A stretch of DNA of 64,000 nucleotides from Marsupella aquatica (GCA_973895155.1 OZ316892.1:23629871-23693870); one strand, 5' to 3'. Counted from the first letter of the stretch, positions 28,117-41,319 are shown. Made by a program: numbers and translations. Notes: generated by a model from the sequence alone, not told the origin.

Positions 28117-29285
28117 GACCAAGAATCCATGATACATCCTTGTGAACTTCTACTGACTGTGGCCTGGATTTGAAATTGTGTACTCCTTGGAAGTTGGAAT
28201 GATTGTTCTCAGTAATATTTCATCTGTAAATATTATAAGTAATTAATGATGATATAGGCCAGTAGGTTTTGTGGCACTTCATGTGATATTTTTTTTCACA
28301 AACTTATTGCATCAACCCTAAAGATGTGCTAAGATAGCAAATGCCCAATATATTCAATTGACTAAAACCTCCTAAAGATACTTGTAACCATGGATGGTCT
28401 TAGCTGCCATCTCACTGTCAGTGGCCATTTAAAGTGCATGCTAAGTTCATGTTAGCATCCCTAAGCCTTGATGCCCTTTGAACCAACTACCAATGAGAAT
28501 ATCCCAGCAGCTTACATACTAGTAAAGCAAGACCCCACTTAAAAAAACATTAACTACCCAAATTACTGGTTTTAGCAATTGTTCGCCTAGTTGATTGAAT
28601 GGGTACTTAGAACACATCTTTGGATCAAACAAGAGTATGTCTGCACCCCCCAAAAGGGTGTATTGGATTTTGGCAAAATTAGTGCAACTCAAGGGCTGGT
28701 GCAACTTTACTCCAAAAAGGGCTGATCTACCAGATTTTCATTTTTGAATCAGAAATCAGATTGCATTGGGACAGTGAGGAATGCTTGGAAACAACCATTT
28801 TCAGATAGCTACCCATTATCAAGAGGAAAACAATAATAATCATCATAGTCATCAGGCTTGGAAAGATAAAATCCTTTTTTTTGCTTTCTAACTCACAACC
28901 AACAGAAATGTAAATCTTATCGGGCTTCAAATGCAACACAGGACATCCCTTCCAAAACCTTTGAAACCCTCAATTTTGAAACATTAAACCACACCTGCCC
29001 ATATAAAAGCCCCATTCCTTGCCTTGCTATTGCTCATTCTTGCGCTCTGGTGAATAGTGTACTCACCATGAAAGGTGGAGCACTCACCACAAACCTGACC
29101 ACAAAAGGTGAAACCTAAGCCCATTCCTAGTGCAAACTGAACCTGTGCACTTTCTAATGAGAGCTATGGGTATAACCCGAAGCTATTATAGGTGCAGTTG
29201 TGTTAACAGTATCGGTAAACTGGCTTAACTAAAGATGACTCATCAAACAGCAAACAACATATAAAAAAGCAAGTGCAACCCTGAA

Positions 29286-29309
29286 AGAAGAAGAAGAAGA
29301 AGAAGAAGA
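29286..29309. repeat. (GAA)n microsatellite
   Basis: About 8 perfect GAA units. Confidence 0.9.
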
Positions 29310-30984
29310 AAGGGCAAAAGTAAATGACACTAGTGGGATGGAACAAGGTTCATAGCTAAAACAAATGCGGCAAGAGCTAATGGTCCATATCTGGTGTAGC
29401 AATCAAATCTGCAAGTGGGACAGGAATGTACTCTTTTACATGTAAACTTTCTATCATTTTCAAAACTTTGACCTCCGTTAATTAACTGAGGTCACTTCTG
29501 TGGGTTAGGATGCACTCACCTTTCAGACCCTGTGCACTCTTGTAATTCACCTCGCTTGCTCGCTCTGCTCATTCCCTAGCTCGTTCCCCCACCAGCTCCC
29601 CCTCTCAGCAAAGAGCGCTGTCAACTTTGGTTCCGTACTGAATTTATCTACAACTATAATAAGGGATCCCGCCTTTTTTTGTCCTTTGTACCAAAAAAAA
29701 AAAAAACTCCAGGGCGGGAAAGATCCACAGCCGTTAGATTTGATTGACTGTTTTCCCTGACTATTGATGGAGGAAATGGGCACCCCTAGCACATATGTGC
29801 TTCCCCATGCTGCCCCATACATGCCCCGGCTTGACTCCCTATGGCCGACCCTCCTTGTGCCGTGCACTGCACGGGCATAGGGCTCGTGTTGTATAAATAA
29901 GGTGTGTAGTAGGGAACTGAGCTAACCGTGATTGTTTTTCTGAGTAATCATATCGTAGCTTCCCCCAATTTCTGGCTGAAGTGGTGGCACTTCCTATTGT
30001 GGCTTGCAATGAGTTTTCTTTTCTTTCAAATTTTAAGTAAAGTACATTGAGAAGCACAGCATACAAATCAGACATCGGAGACCAACTCCTCAGAAAAACG
30101 CTTTGCTATACAATAGTGAGTGAATTGATGAACACAGGACTCGTAGAGAATGACTCACATCGTTGTTGGCTCACGAGGAAATTGAACCTCTGGTTCAAGC
30201 TGTGCAACGACGGCAAGGTTAGTATCAAATGGATGTTGAGAGGCCTCGATTTTAGAAGCCAGTTCAAACTTTTCATGAGTCATACTGCTGTAATTCCTTG
30301 GAGTTGTGGCTGTGGTTCGTTTGACAAGGTATGAAGCTCGGCGAAGGAAGCTGCCACGGGGAACGCGCAATTGGCCCTTCATCGGAGCTCTCGAAAGAGA
30401 AAGCTAACTTATTTGCAGAAATGTAGAAATTTTCAACCTCAACTGCGATTGTAGACAGTGGGTGGCCTACAAGCAAGCAAAATGCGAAATCAGACCATGC
30501 TCGACCTCTGGACAATCACTCAAGATGTTGAATTCCGTTTCTCTCTCAATGACGATGCTCCCGTTTATCTTAGATGTAGGGAGCTGGATGCAATGGATAC
30601 AGGAAGGGATGAATCGAGATGCAAAATCCGAGAAGGAAGTCCTGAAGACGGTGAGTCTGAAAACGGTCTCCATCTGATTTCGTTCTGACTTCAAAACAAG
30701 ATCGCGGAAAATGAAATTGAAATGATATGCTGCTTCTCAGGTCTCATCTTGTATTGTTTATTGATAGAACCCCAAAAACCTGACTCGCCAGCAAACTGTT
30801 CTTGAAAGTTTTCGCTTGGGTATTGATGCCCGTGTTCATGATGACTCGAAACCACTATGTACAGTAGAGGACTTGAATTATAATATAAGTTTCTGTCAAG
30901 TTGACAGAAATAAATTGCCTCCGTCAATTATTGCAGGAACGATCCTAGGTTACTATCAAAAATCTAAAAAAACTACTGAACATT

Positions 30985-32061
30985 CTAGCGGCCGCTTCTG
31001 CCGCTTCTTCTGCTTCTACTCCTCTTCTCTTTGTGATGGTCACGTTTGTGCTTCGAAGGCACGTCAGACTCGGGGCTCTCATCACTCTCATCATCCAAAA
31101 TCTCCTCTCTCCTGCTGCTGCTCTTCCTCTTCTCCTTGTGATGGTGCCGCTTACGCTTCATGGGAACGTCGGACTCCGGGCTCTCATCACTGTCCTCCTC
31201 CGAAACCTCATCTCTCCTGCTCCTCTTCCTGTCTTTGTGATGATGGCGTCTGCGCTTCACAGGGACGTCGGATTCAGAGCTCTCATCACTCTCATCCTCT
31301 GAAACCTCCTCTCTCCTGCTTCTTCTGCTGCTTTTACGTGTCTTCTCCTTGTGATGATGACGGCGTTTACTCTTCACAGGCACGTCTGACTCATCGCTGT
31401 CATCGCTCTCATCGGAAGAAATCTCGGACCTTTTCTTGGAGGATTTCCGATGCTTCGATGAAGACTTCGATTTCTTCGACGACTTCTCCACCTTCGAATT
31501 CGACTTGCTCTTGCTCGTTCCTCGGCTCCTCCACCCGTACTTCTCTGCTAATATTTTCTCCATCTCCGGGTCTTCGTCGCTGTCCGATAACTCACTCTCG
31601 CTCGCATCAGATTCCAAATTGGACAAGTCACTTCCACCTTCCTTTTTCAGGTTCCGTTCCTTGTCCAACACAGCCGCCGCTGCAGCTGCAGCCTCCTCCT
31701 TCGCGGTGAGGAAATTGCGACACTGAAATGTAAGGTGACCAACTCTCCCGCATTTCTTACAGGCACCACGGACCTCATCCGCGCTCGAGCCCGTGAGACG
31801 GGCTAAGGCGAGAAGCCCTTGGAAGCTGTCGTACGCATTCTGCTGGTCCTCTGTTATCCCACCTTCTGGAGCAGATGCACTCGCGCCCCCAGCTGGAGCA
31901 CCGCGGAGGTCATCCGCTTGGGATGCTCGCGCTGCCTTCTGGTCCGGAGCGTAAGGGTCGTAACCGATGGCGCTCTGCCAAATTCCGTGAGTCTGCAACG
32001 CCGCGCTACTATGCACGCGGTTGTTTGCGGGCATCCGCACTCGTCCCGCGGTAGCAGGCAT
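30985..32061 (-). CDS. CXIP4: CAX-interacting protein 4-like zinc-knuckle protein, intronless CDS, 358 aa
   Basis: Diagnostic N-terminus MPATAGRVRMPANNRVHSSAALQTHGIWQSAIGYDPYAP, CCHC knuckle CKKCGRVGHLTFQC, and a Ser/Arg/Lys/Asp-rich C-terminus. Confidence 0.95.
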   Translation of the reverse strand: MPATAGRVRMPANNRVHSSAALQTHGIWQSAIGYDPYAPDQKAARASQADDLRGAPAGGASASAPEGGITEDQQNAYDSFQGLLALARLTGSSADEVRGACKKCGRVGHLTFQCRNFLTAKEEAAAAAAAVLDKERNLKKEGGSDLSNLESDASESELSDSDEDPEMEKILAEKYGWRSRGTSKSKSNSKVEKSSKKSKSSSKHRKSSKKRSEISSDESDDSDESDVPVKSKRRHHHKEKTRKSSRRSRREEVSEDESDESSESDVPVKRRRHHHKDRKRSRRDEVSEEDSDESPESDVPMKRKRHHHKEKRKSSSRREEILDDESDESPESDVPSKHKRDHHKEKRSRSRRSGRSGR

Positions 32062-32489
32062 TGTGACCTAATTTCGACAACCTCTTCGATATGAATCCCC
32101 AAACACGGTTCCAATGCCTCCAAAAGTACTCAATCAGCACCGCGGACCTCAGACAATAGCGTTCTTCTCTACGCCCCTGTCCTTTGAGCTCCCGTATAGA
32201 GCCGAATACTACTACAACCTCCTTCGATAGGCATCCGACAACGTACTCAATCGACACCTCGCACGACAATCGATGCCGTTATCCCCGTCAAACTCCCTCA
32301 CAACTGACGCCTCAAACCTCTTTCCGTCGCTGAATCCGAAACAGCAGATTGACCTCAAACCCCTGCTCCCTTCTGACCTAATTTCTTAAGCCTCTCTTGA
32401 CATGAAGCGAACGAGTAAACCTGGCACGCCCGGAAGAATGTTTATCAACAACCAAACCAATGCTCTATCAACGCGAAGTGATGACGAGA

Positions 32490-32930
32490 CACTAAAGGCG
32501 TTGGTCTCCACCACTTCTCGATTCCCTTCGGTATACTGAACCCTATTGCCCGAGTTGCTCGAGCCTCACCTGAGATGAAGCGCACGAACACAATTGGCAC
32601 GCCCAGAAGAATTGTATGATCAATGTCGAAACCACCGCTTTCTCCACCTCTTCTCGATTTTCTTCTGCACACTGAACCCTGTTGAAAGAATTTCTTCAGC
32701 CTCAACTCAGATGAAGCGCACGAACAAAATTGGCACGCCCAGAAGAATTGTACAATCAATGTCGAAGCCACCGCTTTCTCCACCTCTTCTCGATTCTCTT
32801 CTGTACACTGAACCCTGTTGCCCGAATTTCTTCAGCCTCAACTCAGATGAAGCGCACGAACAAAATTGGCACGCCCACAAGAGTTGTTCATCAATGTCCA
32901 ACCCACCGCTCTGTCAATTCATTCAGCACC
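32490..32930. repeat. 136-bp tandem repeat, about 3 copies, upstream of CXIP4
   Basis: gatgaagcgcacgaaca(c/a)aattggcacgccca has its tggcacgccc core at 32595, 32731 and 32867 (period 136). A short related motif occurs at ~32422. Confidence 0.95.
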
Positions 32931-32954
32931 AAAGGCAAGATCGAGGCTCATCTC

Positions 32955-33150
32955 CTGTACCATTTTAGCCGCCCTCTAGCTGCCCGACTGTTTTTTGGAG
33001 TCACTAAGTGTGACTAGAGTGTGAATGATCACCATTTTTGGGTGGGGTGACTATACTGTACCATTTTAGCCGCCCTCTAGCTGCCGGACTGTTTTTTGGA
33101 GTCACTAAGTGTGACTAGAGTGTGAATGATCCCCATTTTTGGGTGGGGTG
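32955..33150. repeat. ~101-bp direct tandem duplication
   Basis: ctgtaccattttagccgccctctagctgcc...gagtcactaagtgtgactagagtgtgaatgatc.ccatttttgggtggggtga occurs twice, nearly identical. Confidence 0.95.
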
Positions 33151-33896
33151 AATGACAAAAGCTACTATTGTCACTGACCAGATTAGAACCTGGGACCTGT
33201 TGCATCCCAAAGGAGCTCCTCTACCAACTAGCCTTGGGGCAGTTAGTGTCAGCATTGTTTCGCTCTTGGTATTTAACTGTATATTAACGTTAGGAATACT
33301 GGGCAGCAGGCAGTCACGTACGGGGTTAATAAAGGCTAATCGCATTGATTAGCCTCGATCTTGCCTTTCGTTCTTAATGTCAATTCGACGCGATGGATAT
33401 AAATGAAAAGCTCGGTTCTCCACCTCTTATCGCTTCTCGGCTGCTTCTTAGATACTCGTTTCCGTCTACGCTTTGCTTCGATCCAACAAAACTCGACCAG
33501 AACATTCTTTTCTTATTTTGGCCGACGTGCCTTTGTCGTGGCTTAGGCTAGGTTCCATGGGGCTGGGAGTAAAGAGTACGGATGCTGTCAGAATTTTTAA
33601 GCCAATAAGATTGCAGCTTTTCCAGAGACTGAAGGGTGTACGAATACTATATCAAGGAGTATGATTTTCCCTCACACACCCTCTTAAACTTCAGGGGTGC
33701 CCCTGCCCTTGTATAAGAACAGTACAAGGCATTCTCATTGGCTCCTGAGTCAAAATTTATACTTTTAAAATACTGTATACACATTGGCATATGGTGTATT
33801 TGGGCCCTAATTAATGTCAGAGGGAGTGTCCGTACTCCCTACCCCTGGCCCATGGAACCTGGCCCTTACTGTAGCTTTTTGGTGGCTCTTGCCTGA

Positions 33897-34011
33897 CGAT
33901 CTACTGTCTGTCTTCTTGGGGATATGGATCTACTGTCTGTCTTCTTGGGGAAATGGATCACCGTTAGATCTTCTTAGATAGTTTAGGGTTTACGGTTTAG
34001 GGTAGGGTTTA
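33897..34011. repeat. ~30-bp duplication followed by a short degenerate TTTAGGG-like tract
   Basis: gatctactgtctgtcttcttgggga occurs twice, then gtttagggtttacggtttagggtagggttta. Confidence 0.8.
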
Positions 34012-36568
34012 CGTGTTCTCTACTCCCTTTGTTGGCTATTGGTCCTTGTGGGACTAATTGGGACTCTTGGGCTTGTTGCGTTTATTTGCCTAGGTCTCCA
34101 GGTCCTTCTTCCTAACCCCGCTCCCCCCTCTCCCCCACCCCCCCCCCTTCCCCCTTTTAATTGGATCTTTTGGGCTTGGGATTGTGTTTCCAGGTTTGGC
34201 ATTTAGGTTGGCATTTTTGTTCTTTGGCAGTTTCATATATAGGATAATAGTCATATGTTTTACATTGGGGGCTTACCTCTCGGGCAACAATGTTTTTTCC
34301 AACTTTGGTCACATATCTTTCTGTGTCTACTACCTGTGTTTTGAATAGTCATGGGTTTGCCTTTGCAAATGTAGTCCTTGCCCAACAAGGGTGGCTTTAC
34401 AAGATATTTAAATAGGGAGTTGCTTCTTTCTAGTTGATATGAGATTAAATCTGGATTCAGCATGCAGTTGATTTTAGAAGAGCTTGGAGGGCCATTCTGA
34501 TATGGTGTCTAGTGGGCCTAAGTACTTTTGGATGTCGATTGCTTACTTGTCTAGGATTTTTTAGACAAAGTAAGCAATCCAAGTTGGGAATTTACATTTA
34601 TTGCAATTCATTTCCAAAGATTGTTGGTCTTGAGTGTACCTTTAGAAAAAAATATAAAGCCTAGATGGACACAGGGGTTTGCTTTGAAGCCCCGTTTGAT
34701 TTCCAAACCTTGAATGGAATAATGTACAACTTCCAAAAATGCTAAGATAACACTCCTTATATATGTGACTAAAGTGTGACCTGTAAATGGGTTGCTTACC
34801 GTTTGTAACCAGTTTCTGATTGTTTACACAGTGATGTTGTGAAAATAGATGTTTCCGCGTGGAATAAGGTGGAAACTACCTTGGGCATCCTTTACAAAGG
34901 AGAAGCATCCTTTTTCACAGGGGTAAGTTGGTGCACATGTCCACACTACTTATTAGGGTGTCCTCACAAAATTGAAACATCCTTCCCCAAAGTGGTAAGT
35001 GGCTGCTGATACCCAAACTCCTCACGGTGTCCTTCATAAAAGTGGTAATTCACTGTTCATGCCCAAACTACACAAGGTGTTCTTCCTGGGGTCTTCATTT
35101 ATTTTCTTTCTTTCCATCATGCAAAAGTAAGTATGGTATTTGTTTATTGGGTTGAAAAGAATATTTTTAAATTTATGTAGAAGAACATTAGGGTTTTTAA
35201 AATTTACTTTTGAGAATTATAAGAAAAGATGAGATTATAATAATGAAAATTGGGATTATTTTTAGAATATTCAAAAAAGATAGGGGTCGGAAATTAGTTA
35301 TTTTTTTCCTTATTTTTTAGGGTGTTTAATAGTTAAAAAGGTCGAGCATGATATGAGACCCCATTAGAGTGAGGCCCCCAAGGTGTTCTTCACAAAATTG
35401 AAGCATCCCTTGGCAGTTGGTTTATAATATTTGAACATCTTTGCACTCATGGGCAATAAAAAAAGTGATCTCAGAAAAATCTCAAACTTTGTCAAGTAAT
35501 AGATTGGATATCAGGGAACATGTTGGAAAACATTGAGCTTTTGGATCTGTGTCAGAAACCAACATTTTATAGGTGGTAAGGGTATCTAGGAAAACTACTA
35601 GGGACATCTTTCTCAAAAGTAAAGAGCACATCCAAATTGGCAGGTCATTGTGAATTTAGGGTGTAAAGTGAGGCAGGTGTTACACAGGCCATGGGGATGG
35701 GCAAAGCAAACCCCTTGGTCCATCCTGGTTTAATATTCCCTTCCATCAAAAAGGTAGCCCTCTACTCTAGTTTGCTTTGTTAAAAAAAAGAGAGTCACAA
35801 AGTGCCCCAGTTTCTGTAAAGCTACCCTAAACCCTCTCACCTGAGGCCAAGAAAAGCACATAGAGCTACCGTACAGCTGAGTGCCTTCTCTGCTTGGGCT
35901 TGAGAGGCACACTAGCCATTCAGATCCGATAATTGCACATCAAAATATGACATATACTATGTAAACCATCCCTCTATACCATGATAAATTTTGTTATTTT
36001 TTTTTAAAAAGCCACTAGCCATGACAAAAACATGGTTCACAAATTTCACCATTTTTAGTATGTTTTCATGAAATTGAGGAGCAAAACCTTACGGTAGAGG
36101 AGAGGAATGGGAAAAAAGGAGAAGTCACTCCTTTTATATGGCCAGTGGTGGTTTAACTCCAATTGAATACTGAGGACGAATACCGAGGGCTAGTGAGTGC
36201 ACAGCTGCAACCTTATATTACAAACTTTTGATGTGTGATTAGATCCATTCCCTTGGCTTTAAAGGCTTTGTAATTGATGCTCGTGTAATCGTCAGAGCGG
36301 TCAGTAGAAAATGTTTAGGATACACGTCCCTGACGTTGCCCAGATGCGAGCAGATACGAAGAATGTAGTCGCTGCTAGTTTGGATTGGATAGAAACCTCG
36401 ATAAGTAGGTGGAGACGACACAATCATTTTGTTGGGGTAGAGAACTTGATGGACCAGAGGAATTGAAATTGTAGCTCTCGAGCGACCCAACTTCATTTCT
36501 TTACCATTTCTATCCCAATCTCCTCTCGACGCGAGAGCACGACGCGAGAGCACCGAGGGAGCGACGGC

Positions 36569-39013
36569 ATGGCTTTCCTCCGTTATCACAGTTTCTGCTC
36601 GAGTGTCTCCTTGAGCACATCCAATGGCAATTTGTTGCAGCAATTCTCTCTCCTCCTGCTTGTTGTCCTCACCTTCTCAGCCTCAGCTAGAGGAACCGTT
36701 CACTTGACAGGAGGCGAGGAAGAGGTGGTCCACAGGTTCCGACGATACCTGCAGATTGACACAGCTCAGCCTGACCCAGACTACTCCGTTGTCACCGAAT
36801 TTCTCGCCAAGCAAGGCCAGCAGATTGGGCTGGACATCAAATTGCTGGAGTTCACTCCTAACAAGCCTGTGGTGCTGTTCACCTGGAAAGGCACAGACCC
36901 ATCCCTTCCTTCCGTCTTGCTCAATTCCCACATGGACGTTGTTCCTGCTGATGAATCGCAATGGTTGCATAGCCCTTTCAGCGCTCACGTTGATGACGAT
37001 GGCAAAATCTTTGCCAGGGGGTCCCAAGATATGAAATGTGTGGGTATGCAATACTTAGAAGCAATTAGGAAATTGAAGGCAGCAGGATTCAAGCCCCAGA
37101 GGTCAATTCATGTATCTTTTGTCCCCGATGAGGAGATTGGGGGAGACGACGGAGCAGAAAAGTTCGTCAAGTCTGATGCATTCAAGAATCTAAATGTTGA
37201 TGTGCTTATGGATGAGGGTCTTGCATCTACTGAGGACGAATACCGAATATTTTACGGGGAGAGAACAGTCTGGTGGTTTGTGATTGAGGCCTCTGGAAGC
37301 CCTGCCCATGGGTCTAGGATGTTCGATGGCACAGCTTTGGAGAACTTGAGGGTCTCTCTAAACAAGATTGATGAGTTCCGCACCGCTCAATTTGAAAGAG
37401 TGAAGTCTGGTGAAGCTGCGGAAGGAGAAGTTATTTCTGTCAACAATGTCTTCCTCAAAGCTGGCACTCCTACCCCCACGGTCTGTCCCACTTTCATTTT
37501 CTGCAACATTTCCGTTTCCTTGTAGGAATATTAAATTACGTGGCTGTGGAAAAACTTTGCTCCACTTTTAGGTTCGACTTTAGTATCGTTTGGGTTCCTT
37601 CTTTGTTGTCCTTCCTTAGTTGAAAAGGTTGGCGTCCTATTGTCAATTACTGACGGAGGTGATGAAGATGTTGCCTAAAAGTGAATGTCATTTCGTTTCA
37701 TGTCTGGTAATGATATGGTCATTTATGGGTTGCCGATGAGCCTTGCCAATGGGGCTCCATTGCCTAACGCTGGTTAAATTGGATTCTGCAGGGGTTTGTC
37801 ATGAACATGCAGCCATCAGAAGCAGAAGCAGGGTTTGATATGCGGCTTCCACCCATTGTGGATACAGACCTCCTTCAGAAACTGCTTGAAGAAGAATGGG
37901 CACCAGCTTCTCGAAATCTTACATTTCGAGTAAGTACCTCTTGCTCAATGGCTTGAAACATTACAGTACTACATAACAAAACGGCTGCATGAAAGTTCAG
38001 TCTGTCTCTGCTCTCTGGAAGCTTGTCGGCGATGCACCATTAGGGTAATGTTTTGGATTCGAGATTTCTATCTGATCTTACATATGGCTCAAGAGCAACG
38101 GAATGAATGAGTGGAGTGCCGTGGAATAGCTAAATAAGTGAAAGTGAGCAGAATGGGGACTTTTGTTGAGTATGAGAGGATTTGAGGGTATCTATCAGTG
38201 AATGTTGTCAATTTACCATTTTCGGGGAATTGAAAGTCGAAGTTTGTTTTTGAGCAGTTCATACAAAAGCGAGATGTGACCAACAAGTATGGGAAGCCAG
38301 CTGTGACGGTAACAGATGATACAAATCCATGGTGGACAAAATTGAAAGCGGGAGTAGCTAAGGCAGGAGGAAACCTTGGCAAGCCAGAAATCTTTATGGC
38401 TTCTACCGATTCTCGGTTTGTCCGATATGAAGGCATTCCAGCATTTGGATTTTCGCCCATGGCCAACACACCTATTTTGCTGCATGATCACAACGAGGTA
38501 AGTAAAATGTTTTGGCCTCGGTCGTTAATATTGTCTCGGAGATATGGAAGACGGGTGATTTCACAATTACTTGGAAATAGCGCACCTAGATGCACAATAC
38601 CAGCAAGAAGAATAAACGAAGGTTATAGCATTTGAACTCGTTCTTAAATGAGGTGGTATCGTTGTCGCCTGTTGTCCTATTTTTTCCCTGCAGGTGCTTA
38701 ACCTGAAGCACCAATTTGATTTGAAGGCTTGGAAATAAGATGACGCACACTTTGTGGTCCGTGTATTCAAGCTCTGTAAGAAAGACTTAATCGATGTCAT
38801 TTAGGATACTCTGGTTCATGACCAGCCGATCGTGTTTTGTTATTAAAGTTTTTTGTCTAACAGTTCTGATGGGGTGTACAGTTTTTGCACGTGAAAGAGT
38901 ACCTTAATGGCATAAGCGTCTATGAGGAGATTATTAAATCTTTCACGGGTCCAGAATCTGAGGTTGAGACAACTGACTCTGTTTCATCACAACTTCTTCA
39001 TGAGGAGTTGTAA
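36569..39013 (+). CDS. ACY1: Aminoacylase-1 (M20A peptidase), 4 exons, ~473 aa, signal peptide and C-terminal HEEL
   Basis: Exons 36569-37480, 37792-37929, 38258-38497, 38882-39013. Motifs LLNSHMDVVP, FARGSQDMKCVG, FVPDEEIGG, DEG, GFSPMANTPILLHDHNEFL. Ends ...QLLHEEL*. Confidence 0.95.
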
Positions 39014-39224
39014 AAGGTATGCACCAACGCTGTCATATGTAAAATGTAAAAGGTCACTCACGTACCTGGTTTGGTACATCAGCCACCCAGAAAAACCGTC
39101 ATTACGATTACTTAGCATCTCCTTGCTGTGGTCCTTTGTCATATTAAAAGGAAGACATTTTTGTATTATGAGAATGGTAAGTTCGCCTTTTGCTAGCCTC
39201 TACGACATTGTGCTGGAGGGCTTG

Positions 39225-39318
39225 AATCCCATTTGTAGATCAGACCTTGGGTGTAAATCCCGTTTGTAGATCAGACCTTGTGTATAAATCCCATTTTGTA
39301 GATCAGAACTTATGTATA
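39225..39318. repeat. ~30-bp tandem repeat x3 in the ACY1 3' region
   Basis: aatccc(a/g)tttgtagatcaga(c/a)ctt occurs three times. Confidence 0.9.
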
Positions 39319-40747
39319 GTACGGAGCTCATTTCATGTTGCATTGGCAGGTAGGATGGACGTCAGAGTGTGTTTCGAAATTGAGAGTAATAGAGCACTCT
39401 GCTTGTGAATGCAGGTGGTGTTCCATCAAACACCTAGAACCAGAATCGGTGCAAGTGACCAATCTGGAGATTGATATGGCAATCCTGCTCTGTAAATAGT
39501 CAGTACACTGGCAACTAAGAGAGACGATGCTTAGAAATTTTTTTCTGTTCATAGTATTGTTGACATGCATTTACATCAATGCTTAGAGATAGAGTGTTGA
39601 ATGAGAAAATTTGACAGTCCTTAACGTATCATTGTCTTTTCCAATGTAAAATCTGATCATCTGTGACATCTCAATGTGTTGCGCAACGTAAAATCTGACC
39701 ATCTGGGACATCTCAGTGTTGTTTAGGGAAACAGGGCCTTGAATATTATATCTTAAACATAGTTTGGGATGTTTTTAGACAAGGCCTCATGTATGTGCCA
39801 AGTAAACAAGAAGAAAAAACGGCTTGCCCTCTAGCGACATCGTTGTACGTCTGCTTGCTAGAAGGTATTGTTCTTGATAAGGAACTATGAGTCTGACTTT
39901 GATATATTACATGTGTAGTTTTTTCAAACTCCATTGCTCCTGTAGTTATATACAAATCCGTCGTAAATTGGAAACATTACATTGTTTTGATAGATGATTT
40001 CTCGTTTTCTAACAAGATTACCGATCAGAGTGTTCTCATCAGCGTTTTTTTAAGCGGCGATTGTTCTTGCCTTCTCAATACCTTGTGTTACTTGTGCCTA
40101 AGTTTTGCCAGTTTTTTAAGGTCCCATTAGCCAGTTTCCCACCAAGCCCCAAGGTGTACTAGCTGGAATCTGATGGCTCTCCTCAAACTGAGGGAGATCT
40201 AACAGTATAGAATTAATCTGGCAATTTTAAATAACGAACAATTCAAACATCTCCTCTTGATACAAGGTACCTCTAGAATAAAGGGGAATTTAAATAAGGA
40301 ATGTTCTTAGCATCTACTCCGTGGCATTCCCCTTAAATAAGGAAGGTCCTTCGCACCTCCTCTTTGGCACAAATTAATGTGAAAAAAAATCTGGGATTGG
40401 CAAATGGCATGGATAGACTGCAGCTAAACCCTTATATAGTATACACAGATGAGTGACATGTGGCAAATAAGACTTTTTATATATCTCAATTTGTCATGAA
40501 AATTAGAAATATGAGACTGGTTGGAAGAATCTCACCAAGACTCTTCTAACCAATCCAAGAACACCCAATTCAGCTGGATAGAAAGGGAGACATTGAATGT
40601 CAAACTGTGCTGTTGAAAATGTTTTGGAAATGAGAAGGGTGTCAACAAGGGAAAGTGTAAAAGATATCCATGGGGGTTGCCTGGTTCATGGGCTAGGTCC
40701 ATGGGAGCATCACTTTCTCCTTTTAGAGGAAGGTCTTATGTGGGCTT

Positions 40748-40925
40748 ACAACTCCCTTCTGTCCACTTTGGCAAGTCATGGGGTGCAAGGTGTAATTCTG
40801 CCCAGTGCACACTAGGGGCACAGTGGCAAACTGCTAACCTACAACTCCCTTCTGTCCACTTTGGCAAGTCACACTGTGCAAGGTCTAATTCTGCCAAGTG
40901 CACACTTGGGGCAGAGTGGCAAAAT
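40748..40925. repeat. ~92-bp tandem duplication
   Basis: tacaactcccttctgtccactttggcaagtca...tgcaagg..taattctgcc.agtgcacact.ggggca.agtggcaaa occurs twice. Confidence 0.9.
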
Positions 40926-41319
40926 GCTAATAGATTGCAACCAAAACTGTTTAGGTTGACATTTTTGACAAAGTGTCAGAAATGGTTCCAGTTCTAAGAT
41001 GACCACAGGGGCTCAGTCAAGAGGTATTGAAATGAGGGAAATTTACTCTTACAAGCTATGATTATTTCAACCTAAATCTTCTCGAAACTACTTACACAAA
41101 ACTTGGACGCAGTGCTTTTCTGTGTCTCACCTGGTGTTTTGCCTAGTGCTCGGGCTTGTCATGTTTCTCATCCTTAATTTTGGTCTATGCTCATGGCAAG
41201 TCACGCACTATTGTATTCCTTGTCATCAAAATAGCAAACGAGGGCCCCTTCTTTACTGAGCCTTCCCCTGACTTACATACAAAATATCTGGAATAGCATT
41301 TTACAGCCAGTTTTTATCT

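Noticed and set aside
30816-31709. 297-aa Cys/Ser-rich plus-strand ORF
   Set aside because: Antisense shadow of the repetitive CXIP4 CDS.
32490-32930. Regularly spaced repeats resembling a CRISPR array
   Set aside because: Whole 136-bp units are repeated with no unique spacers, there are no cas genes, and the context is eukaryotic.
33980-34011. Telomere-like TTTAGGG tract
   Set aside because: Only 3-4 degenerate units, which is common in plant intergenic DNA and TEs. Not evidence of a chromosome fusion.
34388-35828. Inverted match agggtggctttaca / tgtaaagctaccct as long TIRs
   Set aside because: Similarity does not extend colinearly and no TSD was found. More likely separate fragments of a dispersed repeat (also seen at ~10360).
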